Source: Camelus ferus | Taxonomy: Eukaryota | Assembly (NCBI RefSeq): GCF_009834535.1 | Contig: NC_045696.1 | Coordinates: 98,086,001 to 98,150,000, forward strand | Direction of reading: 5' to 3' | DNA length: 64,000 bases | Shown here: one piece after another, positions 1 through 12,306 of the stretch | Layout of the letters: the number at the start of each line of letters is the position of its first letter | Position numbering within the stretch: the stretch's first letter is position 1 | Notes under the pieces: model-generated | Database searches by the model: none | Told to the model about the DNA's origin: nothing | Seen by the model: only the letters and a program-made list of their open reading frames with translations | Position numbers and translations under genes: made by a program

Positions 1-202
1 GAGACAAATGAACTTACTTACAAAACAGAGACTCATAGACATAGAAAACAAACTTACAGTTACCACAGGGGAGAGAGGAGGGGGGAGGGATAAATTAGGA
101 GTCTGGGGTTAGCAGATACAAAATACTACATATAAAATAGATAAACAACAAGGTCCTACTGCAGAGCACAAGAACTACATCCAGTATCTTGTAATAATCA
201 AC
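1..202 (+). mobile_element. L1 3'UTR fragment (cetartiodactyl L1_Art-like)
   Basis: ACAAAACAGAGACTCATAGACATAGAAAACAAACTT...GGGATAAATTAGGAG...ATAAAATAGATAAACAACAAGGTCCTACTG; same motifs as the copy at 27042-27436. Confidence 0.85.
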
Positions 203-304
203 CAATACTCTCAACATGAAAAATATTACTCTCCACAAAAGTTCTGGAAGGTGCACAGAGATTGAAGATTTAAGCTACAGAGATTGCTAAAATATGCCCT
301 CATT

Positions 305-552
305 AGAGACACCTTTCCTAACTTCTCAACACTGATCTTTCCCCTTACCCTTGATTTTTCTTCATAGTGTGTTTTCTCAACTGACTATATATTATATGTT
401 TAGTTATCTGCTTGGTTATTTTCTATTTTTTCTTACTAGAATGTAAGGGCATATGGACAGAGACTGTCTCTCTTTTTTTTCACTCACCTGGTAAATACAG
501 TGCCTGGCACATGGTAGGTAGGTTCTGAATAAATACATGTTAAATACATGAA
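305..552 (+). mobile_element. L2 3' end fragment
   Basis: CTAGAATGTAAG...CAGTGCCTGGCACATGGTAGG...AATAAATACATGTTAAAT matches the L2 3' terminus. Confidence 0.75.
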
Positions 553-622
553 GTAAGAGTCTAATTTGGGAAGAAGAGAAGAAAGAAGATAACGAGTTTG
601 TTTTTTCCCCTTTGTTCTCCCA

Positions 623-1081
623 GTTTTACTGAGATACAATACTGAGATATACAGATACAGCACTGTACAAGTTTAAGGTGTGAGGCATAATGATTTGACT
701 TACATACATCATGAAGTGACTATTACAGTAAGTTTAGTATATCCAACATCTCATATAGGTACAAAATTAAAGAAAGAAAGAAGAATTTTTTTCTTGTGAT
801 GAGAGCTCTTAGGATTTACTCCAAACAACTTTCGTATGTAACAGACCGCAGTGGGAATTCTATTTACCATGTTGTGTGTTACATTCCTAGTGCTTACTAT
901 CTTATAACTGTCGTACGTTGCATCCCTAGTGTTTATCTTATCACTGGAAGTTTGTACCTTCATCCAGTTCCCTCTCCCTCCACCCCCTACCTCTGGTAAC
1001 CACAAATCTGATCTCTTTTTCTATGAGTTTGTTTGTTTGTTTTGAAATATAACTGTCCTACAGCACTATCTTAATTCCTGA
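623..1081 (-). mobile_element. L1 3'UTR fragment (L1MA9-like)
   Basis: CACTGTACAAGTTTAAGGTG, CTTAGGATTTACTC, CTGGAAGTTTGTACCTT, CTCTGGTAACCAC antisense L1 3'UTR motifs; internal imperfect duplication at ~868-945. Confidence 0.8.
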
Positions 1082-2341
1082 TGAGTTCATTTTAAAAAAG
1101 ATGGATCATCCTAGAAGAAATGACACTATAGACAGCGATGGGCAGGGTTTCAAGGCTGGGGATGCAGCTTTGCTCCCTTCATAGGTCTAACTACTTTTGA
1201 AGCATCAGGACAGCCCCTTAGGGCAGTCCCCTTCCTCTGGGTGGTTATCTCAGTGTTTTTCAGCTTCCTTTTGGAGTCCATCCCCACTGGCCCCAACACA
1301 CACTCCCTGGGAGAGAGGAAGGGAGAAGAGCGTTGTAACAGAACCAGCATTGGAACAGAGCGTATACTTGGAAGCCATTGCATCTCTGAGAGGACAATCT
1401 GGAAGCCATGTCTTCTCCCTTAAGCTGTCCATCAAACAAATACCTGATGCTTTCTAGAAACTCCAGATCTATTTATTGCAATGCTCTACTATCAACCTTT
1501 GGAAATACATTTGGTGCAGCCTGTACTAATACAAATGAGATCAGAACCAAAAACGAGGCGCACCTGTAGCTCCGTTGTTCCCACTGTTTCATTCGCTCCA
1601 ATTCCCACTTCTGCCGGCAGCATATTAGGCTCACCTGCCAGGCTGACTTCTGATTTAATGAAGTAGCTCTTGTATGTTGACTTGGTTCTCTGAAAGAATC
1701 CCTTTCTCCTTTTCAAATGCAGTTCAGCCTTTTCTTGCTACGAACCACTTTCTAACGTTACTACCGACTGTATTGAAATGAATGGATACATTATAAAGCA
1801 CTTTTTTGCTGCCTGAAGTGATCTGCAGAGAGTGTAACTGCCAGCCATGTATCCTAGGCACATAATTCCATTACCGGACTCCTACGGAGCCATCAGTGGG
1901 ATGGTTCTCTGCTTGACAAAGCAGTCACCAAATTCAAAAACTTGTCTTAATGACAAGTGGTATCTTCAGATCAGTTTAGCCCAGCCTGAATCTGGCAGAT
2001 GTTACCAGAAGCCTGGGCTGCCCGAGCTGTTTCTAAGTCTACTTGAAAAGCCTGTCATGTCTCTGATAACCTGAGGTCACAGCTCCTGATCAAAGAGTCC
2101 CCTCAGGATGAAGTTGACCTCTGTCTCCTTTGATTGTCCATAAATATCCTTAACAGGTGTTAGCCCTGATTTTAATTTTCTAGCCGTGTTAGTGTGTAGG
2201 ACAGGGGCCAGCCTCTGTTCAGCAGTGGGGTGAGGAGGAGGTTAATGGCCATGCAGGGCCCTGGCCTTTGTGTGTGGGCCGGGGGTGATCTGCCTTCCCT
2301 GGGTATTCCTAAATATCACATAGTCCACCAACTAGAGGTTA

Positions 2342-4668
2342 ATGAAGCGGGGATGGGGGTTGTTAAGAAAAGTCTCCCGCCAGCACGCAAACCTTGGGTT
2401 CACGCTTGGCTGTGAGCTTCTGTACGTTCCCAGGATCTTAGAGGCAACCTTGTCCAGATCTCTCCCTTTGCACATGAGGGATGAGAACCCACATTTACTG
2501 AGATCTTCTGAGTGCCCAGAGCAGTTGGGGGTGTTTCACTCACTCGCTCGGTTGGCTGATGAGGAAACTGATGATACCTTTGACCCAGAGCAGAAACAGA
2601 ACACCACAGTCCTGAAGGAAAAGGAGCTCTGATGGAAGAAGAGAGGGTGAGAGGAGGAGTGACTGTGGGGCAAGGCAGAGGAGGGTGCACATGGGCGGGT
2701 TTGCTGGGAGGAGGAGGAAGACTCAGGAGACCAGGTGGTGGAGGACGATGTAAAGGGGGAGGCTGCCCGGGATGCGCTGAGCACACTTGCGCACCTCAGT
2801 GGAAGCCACTGGAGAAACAGTCTCTGAGCCAGTTCTGGGGCTGCTTTGGCCAGTGTTCCAGCAGGCCTGCTGCTGTCTGCTTTCAAGGTAAGTTTGTTTG
2901 ATTGGAATCTAGAGAGGTGTGTTTGCAGAGGCAGCAAGGAGTGAAAATGTCCTTGTTATTTTAATGGTAATAGTAGTTACCATGCGTCACAAGTTTAGCA
3001 GGTGCTAAAAACTGCTATGTGTTTGATGCATCTTGTATAAATTAATTTTTACAGAAAACCTTGGAGGTTGGTATTTTCATCTTTATTTGAGAGATAGTAT
3101 TTCTTGGCCAGGTTCTCACAGCAAAGGGCAGATCTGAGACTTGACCTGGGGTTTGTCTGACTCCAAATTCGTGTGACCAATTCCCAAATAAGCAGTTGGA
3201 TCTCTATTCATAAAACATGGATTCAGTGTCCTCGTCTCCCCATTTTTATGCTCTTCAAGCCCGTTCAGAGCATGACAGCACTGAGCATAATGGCACTGGA
3301 AGAAATAATAGCAATAAGGTAAGCTGCCCCTTTAGCTGTTTCTAAATTCATGGTCTCAAGGAAACCTTCTTCACGTGTATCAGCCTTGCCGCTCCCTGGG
3401 GTCCTTACCCCTGATTCCAGATGTGCAGTAACAATTTACAACCTAAGTGGGATGCCCTGCCCTGCAGATTCTTTAGGTGGAGTCCTGCCACAGGAAACAC
3501 AGCAACACAAAACACATCTTTTCAATTTCATGTTGACAGTCATCCTTATTCTTAGTCATTATTAACTAATCAAATCAAAGCATGACAGCAAGGGCCTTTA
3601 AATGTCCAACAAGGAGAAAAATATTATCAGGTAAGTTCAGAATGAAGGACTAAATCTTGGGAAGTGGTAGAAAGGGGAGGAGAGAAGAGCTCTAGTTTGA
3701 GCAGATGCTACAAACTAATCTGGCAGGTTTTACCTGTGTGAAGAGGGGATATGAGGGCATGTGTTTAACTGAAACCCACTAGCTTGGGGGATGGGGGGAG
3801 GCGGGGAAACCCTCCAAATTCATTCCCGTGAGTCATGTGACAATGGGCATTCTTAAAAAGAGGAATAAGACTGTATCCCTTTGGTTGGAATTCCTAGACA
3901 GAGGGAGGCTGTGAGTAAACAGGATAACCTAGGCTGGCCTCTGGGTGGGGGCCCCTGGCAGAGGGGAACAGACACTGGTGGGGGAGTCCAGGGTCAGGAG
4001 GGCAGTGGGGCACCGAGGGGAAGGAAGCACCTTGCACACAGCAAAGACTTTACCAACATTGATGCTCTGCCGAGGGCTTCCTTGCAGGCAGGTCGACTGC
4101 GGCTCTAGCCTTGCCAGAGTTTCCAGACCCAAAAACTCACCCTTGTTCTTCCTTCCAGTTAGGAAATTGATAAAGTGCAAGTCATCACAGAGGCCCTGGG
4201 AAACGTCCAGCTGTCCTGGGAGGCAGCTCCTCTCTGCCCTGGAGGACCATGACTCTGCACTTCTTAAGGAACAGGTTGTTTGTTTGGTGGCTTCTGTACA
4301 TCTGTTTACTTGTTACAGCGTCCTCACCCCTCGTCCTGGACTGGAGAAAACCTAGCTTTCTTGGTAAAACCAGAAAGTACGCAGTGAAGATAACGTGGCT
4401 ATTTATGGCCACCTATGACCTTGAACATGCTACCAAAGTCATCTGTTTCCTGTATGAAGTGGATCTCGTGGGTAAATACAGAAACCTTACTTTCTTCACT
4501 GAGTACCATCATATCACCAGCTTCTTATGTAGATGAATGTTTTTCTTTTCCCTTATGGCTCAATCTTTCATTATTAACAAACTTTTCCAACAGGATTTTC
4601 CTAGAATCCACAGTGTTACAGCCAGAAGGGAGATAATGAATGGGGGGGGGGAGCACTTCCCACTGTAA
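2342..4668 (+). pseudogene. Candidate decayed multi-exon gene, product unidentified (putative exons <=2342-2887, 3260-3318, 3540-3630, 4163-~4668)
   Basis: Donors AAG|GTAAGT (2887/8), AAG|GTAAGC (3318/9), CAG|GTAAGT (3630/1); pyrimidine-rich acceptors; phases 0,2,0 join in frame; stops in the first three exons are TGA (2630, 2648, 2660, 2825, 3583) or TAG (3553); a MIR sits inside predicted intron 1. Confidence 0.5.
2965..3168 (-). mobile_element. MIR SINE
   Basis: Antisense MIR ending ...GACTTGACCTGGGGTTTGTCTGACTCCAAA. Confidence 0.7.
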
Positions 4669-4989
4669 ATATCCATTCGAATACACAAGTCCTAACAAAT
4701 ACCTGTGTTAGGGACAGAAACCTCCAAATCCCCACTTTGCACGTGGAGCCGGCTTCCTGTTTGCTCTGTTCTCAGCAAGGAGAACAGCTCATTACTATCC
4801 CAGGCCTGAGCCTTTTATATACTTGACAACTGTTGCTAGTAACCCTGGAACCCTCTTGCCTCTAAACAGAATGACTTTGGTTCCTTTAACTTCTCCTGAT
4901 CTTCATTTTTCAGACATCTAACTGCTTCTGTGGCTTTCTTCTGAATGGACTCCAGTTTCTCTTTCTCCTCCATTGATTGCAGGCGTCAA

Positions 4990-5310
4990 AACTAGACTCA
5001 GCGCTCAGGGAGGGTCTGCCCAGGTTGGCACAGCAGAGCAGGGGCCATGGGAGTGGAGAGGCCGGCAGGGCCGGCAGCAGCTGGTTGGTGGATGAACGAG
5101 GCGGGGAAGAGGAGAGGGGCAGGCATCCTCGCAGAACAGTTAGCAGGCATATACCTTCCCCACAGTATCGTTTTCATTTCAGAGTTTCCCAAGCCATGGT
5201 GCGCACGTCAGTGAGCCATCTCCTCACAGAGGACTTTACAAGCCTTCGCCGTGGGCCCAGGACTTCCACGGGAATTCAGAAAACAATCTATTTCGGGTCC
5301 CCAGGCTGAA
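4990..5310. promoter_or_regulatory. GC/CpG-enriched block, possible promoter or enhancer
   Basis: Local CpG enrichment, GC box-like GAGGCGGGGA (~5098), TGCGCACGTCA containing a CRE half-site (~5200-5210). Confidence 0.3.
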
Positions 5311-5553
5311 TGCTGCCTGAGGGCAGGGCTGGTTCTTCTCACAGAGTTAAATATATGTTTTAATTAGCTACTGACTTTTTCAAATTAAGAGAGTTCAAGT
5401 AAGAATTACCCAGATTTTTAGCTCCTTTCACATTCTGAAGGTTGGGAATGTTAGGCACACGCCAGGCCTGGGACCATGGGCCAACGCTGGGCAGCAGCTG
5501 CCCCCCCACAGATGGGGAATGCCTTCCCGTCCTGCTAAGCCCACCTTGCTCAC

Positions 5554-5960
5554 TGCGAGGGACTGAACTGCGTCCTCCCTCAGCCTCGAATTCATATGTT
5601 GAAGCCCTAACCCCAATGTGACTATATTTGGATATAGGGCCCTTAAGAAGGCAGTTAAGGTTAACTGAGGTGAAAAGAGTGGGGCCATAGCCCCATAGGA
5701 CTGGGGTCCTTATAAGCAGAGGAAGAGACACCAGAGAGCTCTCTCCCCCTCTCCAGGCAAGCACAGAGCAAAGGCCGTGTGAAGACGCAAGGAGGAGGCA
5801 GCCTTCTACAAGCCAGGAAGAGAGGCTTCACCAGCAACCAACTTTGATGGCCCCTTGATCTTGGACGTTCAGTCTCCAGAACTGTGAGAAAGGGAATTTC
5901 TCTGATTCAAGCCCCCACGTTTGTGGTACTTTGTTATGGCAGCCTGAACAGACTCACACA
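5554..5960 (+). mobile_element. MaLR solo LTR (MLT1A-like)
   Basis: AATTCATATGTTGAAGCCCTAACCCCAATGTGAC...CCTTATAAGCAGAGGAAGAGACACCAG...CTCCAGAACTGTGAGAAA...GGTACTTTGTTATGGCAGCC. Confidence 0.9.
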
Positions 5961-6129
5961 CCCATAGATCTCACTTACTTCAGTAGGAGTTTGAGTTTGA
6001 GACCCCTGCTTTACGTACTTGGGAGTTAAGAGTTAACATCCAGTTCCTACACTTTGTCTGCTGGTAGAGAAAGTTACATCATGTATAACACGGGACATAA
6101 GAGATATACAAACTGGTATCTAAGGACAG

Positions 6130-7030
6130 AACTGCTAATGGCTGGGAAAGACGGTAGAAGAGAGAAGTCTTCACTATGGGGAGAGAGCAGGTCAGAAGGC
6201 TTTTAAGAGATTAGGAAGATTTCAACAAATGGCGATGGAACAGAAGGCAGGAGCACAGCATGCAGGAGTTTGGATGGTGCGTCACAAGGTTTGGCTCGAG
6301 TTCAGGGTGCGATGCAGGTGGGCAGTGTGTGATAGGAGATAAGGCCAGAAAGGGAGGATAGAGTCAGATCATGAGCCTTGAATGCCATGCCAGAGGATAT
6401 GGTTTAATTCTGGAGTAAATGAGGAACACCTGAGGGGATGGAGGATGAACAGTATGTTTTAATTAGTGAATTAAATATGTATTGGGAACATCCAATGTGC
6501 CAAGTGCTGCCAATACAGTTGTGCACGAGATGGAACTGTCGGCCCTCATGGAGCTGACCGAAATAAACACTCAGATATAAAATAGAACGTCAGAGCCTGA
6601 GGAGGGCTATGAAGAAAAACAAAGCAGTGGAAGGGGTAGAGTGTAACATGGCAGGGGCTGGTGTAGATGTGTGTGGTCAGAAAAGGATGGAATTTGGGCA
6701 GAACCCTGACTAAAATGTGAGAATGAATCATTAAGCATCTGGGAGCATATAATTCTAGACAGAAGGAACCACAAGTGCAAAGGTCCTGAGGCAGGAGCAC
6801 AGTTACGTTCAAGGACCAACACAGAGGCCAGTCTGGCAGAAGTATGCGATAGGGAGAGTGGTGGGCAGTGAGGTTGAGGTAGGCAGGAGTCAGATGTTTT
6901 CCAGGTAGGCAACTCCAATGCAGTGTGAAGGACTGATCAGGGACCAGGGCTGGAGCAGGGAGCCCACTAGATGCCTTTAGGAATGACAAGGGCCTGAGCC
7001 ATTGCAGGAGCAATGGAGTTGGAACTGTAG
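6130..7030 (-). mobile_element. L2 fragments
   Basis: Antisense L2 motifs: GCCCTCATGGAGCT, GCTATGAAGAAAAACAAAGCAG, AAGTGCAAAGGTCCTGAGGCAGGAG. Confidence 0.7.
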
Positions 7031-7812
7031 GGTCCTACACAGGAGAAGGGTGCATTTTGGATCAGTACGCAAATGAAATCCTCAAACCCAGATGGCCTTG
7101 GGGAAGCCAGGGCTTTGAGACAGGATGAGATCGGGTAGTAAACCTCCCAATCTCTGAATCAATCATATGTGATGGCAGCCATCAGAGAAGGAGGAAAACC
7201 AAGGTGCTAGCTCTCCCCAAGTTTAGACCATCAGTCTGTGACCATCCCAAAGAAGGGTGAGGGTGGAGACACAGTTATCTGCTTCCACAGCTCGAAGCCT
7301 GGGCAGGCTCCATGGGGCATCCCAGAGAACGCAAGTGTTCTTCCCTGAAAAAGTACAACTCGCTCGCTTACCACTGCAGGTCTGGCAAGTGTCCCAGACC
7401 TCCTGGTTTGGTCTAAACCTAGAAAGAAATGACTTGTTTTGACAAATGGAACTAAAAAGACATGAAAGGCAGTGCAGGGGGAGGGGTTTGTGCAGTCCAG
7501 AATGTGGTTTGGCTTAATACACTTTCTCTTTGGCACTTTTTCTTTTGTTGTTTAAGCCTTAGTGAGGGGGGGGGTAGACAATCCTTTAAGAGCCATATAA
7601 AGCTCTGCCTCAGGGGTGCGTGTCCATCGTCTTTGGCATGCTTCTCTACCAATTGTTTACCCTTGGTGTTTTCCCTTTTCCTTCTTGCTTGGCTAGGAGA
7701 ATTATGAGCTCCTTAGGAAAGAATGCTGGCCTTTCTCAGTTGTCGTCCTCCACCTTCCTTCATGGGCAAACGTTCAAAAAAAAAAAAGTCAACTACAAAT
7801 ACCTGTGGTGTG

Positions 7813-7828
7813 AGCGCCCTCTGCTGCT
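7813..7828 (-). promoter_or_regulatory. CTCF motif
   Basis: Minus strand GCAGCAGAGGGCGC vs consensus CCASYAGRKGGCRS; unique, CpG-containing context. Confidence 0.55.
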
Positions 7829-8154
7829 CGCCCTACTTGTCTTCGGCTGCCATTTCCCTGGCAATGCAGCATACAGCTTAGTTATCTTTTTCATTAACTA
7901 AATTGGCAAAGGAAAACGGCAAAAGCTATTGTTGTCGGGATAAACTAATTTCACCCAATGTTTCTAGAACCTTCTTAGACATCTCTAATCCTTACTTTGG
8001 CCATGTTCTCTGAATCTTCTGACCCAGCCTTTCTTTGGGACTTACACTTAACCTTTTACTAACCCAGAAAAAAAAAAGGTAAAAATGGCAGCCATTCAAA
8101 GCTCGGAGGGAGTGTTGATGTAATGCATTTGGGCACTTTTCTGCCTCCGTTTCT

Positions 8155-8340
8155 GTCATATTTACTGAGTGTCTACTCAGTTTATTGAATGCTTGAGTAC
8201 CAAGCATTCTCCTAGGCCCCTTAAATGAGTAAGATACAGTCCTTGCCTTTGCTGAGCTTGGAGTGTGGAGGGAAAGATGGATGAGCAGACAGAAAATTAG
8301 AGCACTGGGTGACAAATACTGAGATGTGAACAATGAAGTG
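8155..8340 (-). mobile_element. L2 3' fragment
   Basis: ATATTTACTGAGTGTCTAC...ATGAGTAAGATACAGTCCTTGCCTT antisense L2 terminus. Confidence 0.6.
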
Positions 8341-8808
8341 GGTGGTCAAGGAGGGGTGAATTTTTGGGGTTATTCAAATCCAAAGGTGAAAAAAATGAAT
8401 GCCTCCCTGACTGGAATTATTCCTCCTGACAGTCACAGCTTGCCTGTGCATGAGACTTCAAGATCCTATGAACAAGTCATGATGGATTTAATGTATTCCT
8501 GTGTTAACTAATCCCACAAAGTGATTTTAGATCTGAAAGAGATCCGTAAATACATTATTTCAGTGTTATTCTAACTTTTCCTTCTATATCCAAGGGAAAT
8601 CTTTTTCTTTTATAACCTGAACATTTGAAAAGACTCTACATCTCTAGCTTCAAGTAATTAAACATTGCTTTTAATTGCAGAATACCAATGTACAACGAAA
8701 AACGTTATGTGTGGGTTTTGCTAGAAATCGTAGTTTTGATAGAAATTATTTTCTTCTATATAAAGGAAGAGTTATATTTAATGCGACCTTCCAAAGATCA
8801 TTCTTGTA

Positions 8809-8970
8809 GGGAAGGGTGTAGCTTACTGGTGGAGTATGTCCCTAGCATGCATAAGGTCCTGGGTTCAATCCTGAGTACCTCCATCATCCATAAATAAATA
8901 AATAAATAAATAAATAAAAACGAATAAATTTAACCCCCCCACGAAATGTGAAATTATTAAAAAAGAAAAA
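8809..8970 (+). mobile_element. Camelid tRNA-derived SINE (Vic-1 type)
   Basis: GGGAAGGGTGTAGCTTACTGGTGGAG (A box), GGTTCAATCC (B box), (TAAA)n, C-rich patch and A tail; probable TSD AGATCATTCTT / AGATCTTTCTT. Confidence 0.85.
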
Positions 8971-10349
8971 CAGAGATCTTTCTTTACGAGGGAGAGACTT
9001 GGCTGCCTCCCAGCCTCTTGTGACATTTACCCATTAGCTCTCACCCACTATCTTGTACTTATGCAGCTCTGAATGTCACCCTGTGTCCCAATGACTCTTA
9101 ACCTTTTATTTTGTTTTATTTGGAAAATTTACTAATGTAGTTTTATGATTTTTTTCCCTATGCCCTGAACCTTCTCCATAAGAAAAGCTTTAATTAAAAC
9201 TGAAAGATTGGGGGATGATTTGGAGAGAGAACGAGAGAATAGATTGGTAAGCTCTCCCGACTACAAATTCAGACAAAGCATGTTGGTGATATTTTGGGGG
9301 TATGTTTCTTTGCACCAGACCTAGATGGTGCTGTTTATTATTTTATTTTAAATATTTATTTTATTTTTGACTACTTAGGATTCATTTGATATTTGCATAA
9401 ATGTGACCATCTTTTAAAATTTCTTTTTCAATATTGGTTTTAACTCTCAATTGTGTGTTAAAGGAAATCCCTTAAAGTGGAACTGATAACCTTTCTCTCT
9501 CCTAGGACAGCTGTCTCTAGAACTTCAGTCCTGGTTCACGTTATCGCTATTGCTCATACTGCATCTTGTCCCAAAATATCTTCTAAACACAAGATCTCCT
9601 AAGAGGATTTTTGGCGAAATATCCACAAAGTCCTTAGATTACACCTAATAAACACTGATTTAGGTGCTGATTTGAAATAAAAAACTCAGGCAGACTTGAA
9701 GGAACACGGAGGCTCCACGTAGCTGTACACCTGCTCACTGCTGACTTGGTCTCGGTGACCCACTGTGGCTGGAGACATGGTGTGCGTACACACTGATGGC
9801 GGACAATTAAGCCTTTCAATTCTGCTTACCACCTTTTTGTAGGAGCAGAGGTACTAAATCAGGGATGGAATGCAAACATAATACTCAAAATGGCAGTGAG
9901 AGGCAAACAAGGCTGCAAGACGGAGGAGATGGGGAGGGCACCAAGTTCCCCTGGCTCTGTCACTCATGGGCTGTGTGTCCTAGAGTAATCCACGGATGTG
10001 CTCTGGGGCTCATTCTTCCTGCCTTTAAAGTGATCTGCAGTGTGCTTCTTGGAGGTGCTTCCAGGAGGATGAGGATAGGGGTGCAAAGTGGTCGGAGGTG
10101 GGGGTCCCCACCCCTCTTTCAAACTGACCAGCTCAGTTTTACTCTATTTTAAGTATTTGACACCATCATAAGAAGTTGTTTAAGGAAAGCAAAAGATTGT
10201 TTGGTCCAGCAAATCAAAACATGACCAAGAAAAAAAAAACTTTATTTTGGGGGTTTTGTTTAAAATAAATAATTTAAAATTATTTAAAATAACTAGATTA
10301 GATGATTTCTAATTTCCTAGAAGTTCTGGAGTTCTATGAGAGTCAGGAT

Positions 10350-10680
10350 GGTGGTATTTGCTGCTTTACTGCCCAGTATCCATGATGACTTCTTTCTGGT
10401 TTTCCTACATTAATCTTGTGACTATTATGACAAAGCCTGAAGCTGCTAGCGGCCACCACAGAAAGCTTAGGCATCGAGCCAGTCCAAAGGCAGCCAGTCA
10501 GAGATGGGTCCTGGTGGCAGCATTTAATTGCAGAATGAAACCTCACCTGTGGGTATACTGTCTTCCAGAGTTTTCAGTTACATTAGTTAATACATTCCTT
10601 GAAAAAAATTTTCTTATGCTTACGCTATTTAGAGTTGAGTTTTCTGTAACTTGCAACCAAAAGATTCCTAGTAAAATCAG
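10350..10680 (+). mobile_element. MaLR LTR (MLT1J/K-like)
   Basis: CCTGAAGCTGCTAGCGGCCA...TTTTCAGTTACAT...GAGTTGAGTTTTCTGTAACTTGCAACCAAAAGATTCCTA typical 3' end. Confidence 0.7.
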
Positions 10681-11007
10681 ATAGTGTTTAAAAGAAAATC
10701 AGCCAATATTTATTGAGACATCATGGAGTCTAAAGTAAGGTTTTAAATGCTTGAGATAAAAATCAAGGAACTATTTTTGTCAGTAAAAACATTTACTTTA
10801 ATATGCTATCCTTTGTGTATGGAAATGACCTGACTTATTATCAATAGGACAACCCCTTTGATTTGTTTACTTAACTAGTAATAAAAAATTTACCTCCTGA
10901 AGTATTAAATAGGTAGTCTTGGTCTCACTAATATATTTGGACCAACTGAACTCTCTCGGAGGTAGATAAATCTGAGAAATGTGAAACTAATAAAAACAGA
11001 TAATTGA

Positions 11008-12306
11008 AAAATGAAGCTAGAACACTCCCTTACACCATATACAAAAATCAACTCAAAACGGATCAAAGACTTAAACATAAGACAAGATACAAAAACGTCC
11101 TAGAGGAAAACAGGCAAAACATTATCTGACATATATTTCAAAAATTTTCTCCTAGAAGAAATAAAAGCAAGAATAAACAAATGGGACCTAATGAAACTTA
11201 CAAGCTTCTGCACAGCAAAGGAAACCAGAAATAAAACAAGAAGAAAACCTACGGAATGGGAGAAAATTTTTGCAAATGAAACCGACAAAGGCTTGATCTC
11301 CAGAATATATAAGCAGCTCATACGATTCAATAAGAAAAAAATAAACAACCCAATCCAAAAATGGGCAGAAGACCTAAACAAGCAATTCTCCAAGGAAGAC
11401 ATACAAATGATCAAAAGGCACATGAAAAAATGCTCAATATCACTAATTATCAGAGAAATGCAAATCAAAACTACAATGAGGTATCACCTCACACCAGTCA
11501 GAATGGCCATCATTCAAAAGCACAAATGACAAATGCTGGAGAGGCTGTGGAGAAAGGGGAACCCTCCTGCACTGCTGGTGGGAATGCAGTTTGGCGCAGC
11601 CACTATGGAAAACAGTGTGGCGATTCCTCAAAAGACTAGGAATAGACTTACCATATGACCCAGGAATCCCACTCCTGGGCTTGTATCCAGAAGGAAATCT
11701 ACTTCAGGATGACACCTGCACCCCAATGTTCATAGCAGCACTATTTACAATAGCCAAAACATGGAAATAGCCTAAATGTCCATCAACAGGTGACTGGATA
11801 AAGAAGATGTGGTATATTTATACAATGGAATACTACTCAGCCATAAAAACTGACAACATAATGCCATTTGCAGCAACATGGATGCTCCTGGAGAATGTCA
11901 TTCTAAGTGAAGTAAGCCAGGAAGAGAAAGAAAAATACCATATGAGATCGCTCATATGTGGAATCTAAAAAACAAAAACAAAAACAAACAAACAAAAACA
12001 AAGCATAAATACAGGACAGACATAGACTCATAGACAGAGAATACAGACCTGTGGTTACCAGGGGGGTGGAGGGTGGGAAGGGATAGACTGGGATTTCAAA
12101 ATTGTAGAATAGATAAACAAGATTACACTGTATAGCACAGGGAAATATACACAAAATGTTATGATAACTCACAGAGAAAAAAATGTGACAATGAGTGTGT
12201 ATATGTCCATGAATTGTGGAAAAATTGTGCTGAACACTGGAATTTGACACAACATTGTAAAATGATTATAAATCAATGAAAAATGTTAAAAAAAAAAAAG
12301 AAAAAT
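11008..12306 (+). mobile_element. Relatively young 5'-truncated L1 (ORF2 C-terminus, 3'UTR, polyA)
   Basis: ORF 11191-11529 ([11 protein letters not shown]...WEKIFAN...[13 protein letters not shown]); continues after a frameshift to [18 protein letters not shown] (CCHC region) and ...KYHMRSLICGI*; A tail at ~12288-12306. Confidence 0.95.

Noticed and set aside
8809..8882. tRNA gene
   Set aside because: A and B boxes are present but followed by a SINE body, A-rich tail and TSD; it is a tRNA-derived SINE.
11008..12306. Active L1 or host gene from ORF 11191-11529
   Set aside because: 5'-truncated ORF2 C-terminus with a frameshift and an in-frame stop.
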